From contig OZ251539.1 of assembly GCA_965243135.1 (NCBI GenBank), positions 3,360,001 to 3,424,000 on the forward strand: a stretch of 64,000 bases of DNA, read 5' to 3'. Under the pieces are notes generated by a model that was not told the origin of the DNA, did no database searches, and saw only the letters and a list, made by a program, of their open reading frames with translations. This document shows, one piece after another, positions 62,486 to 64,000 of the stretch. Source of the DNA: Alphaproteobacteria bacterium. GTDB taxonomy: Bacteria; Pseudomonadota; Alphaproteobacteria; MPNO01; UBA830. Within the stretch, counting starts at the first letter, position 1; the number at the start of each line of letters is the position of its first letter. The translations under genes and the position numbers were made by a program.

Positions 62486-64000
62486 CAGGTGCCGGGTTGC
62501 GGTTCCGGATTAAGGTTTCCCGCGTCTCCGCCCTTCTTCCGGAAAGGCTTCTTCTTGCCGGACGTCGGCACCGACGATTTTCGTTCGGCTCCGGCCGCAG
62601 GTTCCTCCGGCGCGGGACGGTAGACCGGCTCGCCGCGCAACACCGCCCCGACCTCGTCGCCGGACAGGCTTTCGTACTCCAGAAGCGCCTTGGCCAAAAC
62701 GTCGAGATCCGCGCGGCGTTCGGTAAGGATGCGCCGGGCCGTCCGTTCCGCTTCCTCGATGAGGCGGCGGATTTCGGAGTCGATCTTCTCGGCCGTGCTG
62801 TCGGACACGTTCTTCCGCTGCGTCACCGAATGGCCGAGGAACACTTCCTGTTCGTTGTCGGTGTAGCGCAGCGGACCGAGCACGTCGGAGAAGCCGAATT
62901 CGGTAATCATGCGGCGCGCGAGATCCGTCGCCTGGCGGATATCGTCCCCGGCGCCCGTCGTGACGTTGTCGACGCCGAACACCAGCTCTTCGGCGACGCG
63001 GCCGCCGAACATCATGGCGAGCCGCGATCGAAGCTCGACCTTGGAGTATCCGTATCGGTCGCGCTCGGGAAGCGACATCGTGACGCCGAGCGCGCGCCCG
63101 CGCGGGATGATCGTCACCTTGTGGAGCGGGTCGTGCTTCGGCACGGAAAGGGCCACCAGCGCGTGCCCGCCCTCGTGATAGGCGGTCAGCGCCTTTTCGT
63201 CTTCGGTCATGACCATCGAGCGCCGTTCCGCGCCCATCATCACCTTGTCCTTGGCGTTCTCGAACTCGGTCATCGTCACGAGACGCTTGTTCTTCCGCGC
63301 GGCCAGCAACGCGGCCTCGTTGACGAGGTTCGCGAGATCCGCCCCGGAGAAGCCGGGCGTGCCGCGCGCGACGACCTTCGCGTCGACGTCGGGCGCGAGC
63401 GGCACCTTCTTCATATGGACCTTGAGAATCATCTCGCGGCCCAGCACGTCGGGATTCGGCACGGTCACCTGCCGATCGAAACGGCCCGGCCGGAGCAGCG
63501 CCGGATCGAGGACGTCCGGCCGGTTGGTCGCGGCGATGAGGATCACGCCCTCGTTGGCCTCGAATCCGTCCATCTCGACCAGCAGCTGGTTGAGGGTCTG
63601 CTCGCGCTCGTCGTTGCCGCCGCCGAGCCCGGCTCCCCGATGGCGTCCGACGGCGTCGATCTCGTCGATGAATATGATGCAGGGCGCATTCTTTTTGCCC
63701 TGCTCGAACATGTCGCGCACCCGGCTCGCGCCGACGCCGACGAACATCTCCACGAAATCCGAACCGGAAATCGTGAAGAACGGCACGTTCGCCTCGCCGG
63801 CGATCGCCCGGGCGAGGAGCGTCTTTCCGGTGCCGGGGGGTCCCACCAGCAGCACGCCCTTGGGGATCTTGCCGCCCAGGCGCTGGAATTTCTGAGGATC
63901 CCTCAGGAACTCCACCACCTCCTCGAGTTCCTGCTTCGCCTCCTCGATCCCGGCGACGTCCTCGAACGTCACCCTGCCGACCTTTTCCGTGAGCAGCCGG
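62485..64000 (-). CDS. ftsH: ATP-dependent zinc metalloprotease FtsH (5' part outside window)
   Basis: [26 protein letters not shown]. Confidence 0.97.
   Translation of the reverse strand, partial: RLLTEKVGRVTFEDVAGIEEAKQELEEVVEFLRDPQKFQRLGGKIPKGVLLVGPPGTGKTLLARAIAGEANVPFFTISGSDFVEMFVGVGASRVRDMFEQGKKNAPCIIFIDEIDAVGRHRGAGLGGGNDEREQTLNQLLVEMDGFEANEGVILIAATNRPDVLDPALLRPGRFDRQVTVPNPDVLGREMILKVHMKKVPLAPDVDAKVVARGTPGFSGADLANLVNEAALLAARKNKRLVTMTEFENAKDKVMMGAERRSMVMTEDEKALTAYHEGGHALVALSVPKHDPLHKVTIIPRGRALGVTMSLPERDRYGYSKVELRSRLAMMFGGRVAEELVFGVDNVTTGAGDDIRQATDLARRMITEFGFSDVLGPLRYTDNEQEVFLGHSVTQRKNVSDSTAEKIDSEIRRLIEEAERTARRILTERRADLDVLAKALLEYESLSGDEVGAVLRGEPVYRPAPEEPAAGAERKSSVPTSGKKKPFRKKGGDAGNLNPEPQPGT

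Overview
GC-rich, gene-dense bacterial window. Gene content (DUF2066-hdaA, rnd-aspS, petP-ilvE, ftsH-folP-glmM-thiD) points to an Alphaproteobacterium, probably Rhodospirillales-like; this is an inference. Housekeeping blocks alternate with catabolic clusters: an ABC transporter with two deaminases, an itaconate/methylsuccinate-type CoA cluster, an amidohydrolase operon, a hydroxycinnamate CoA cluster with a tripartite tricarboxylate transporter, and a CoxMSL-like molybdo-hydroxylase. There are three insertion sequences whose ends and target duplications can be read directly; one is nested in another and one splits rmuC. There is also a collapsed type I restriction-modification/toxin-antitoxin locus. 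The best candidate for an undescribed system is an AT-rich, translationally coupled two-gene cassette at 8506-11384. It encodes a NYN/PIN-fold nuclease followed by a NACHT/STAND-like NTPase, a plausible NLR-like antiphage system with the nuclease encoded in trans. No rRNA, tRNA or CRISPR array was seen. All family calls come from motif recognition by eye, not database searches.
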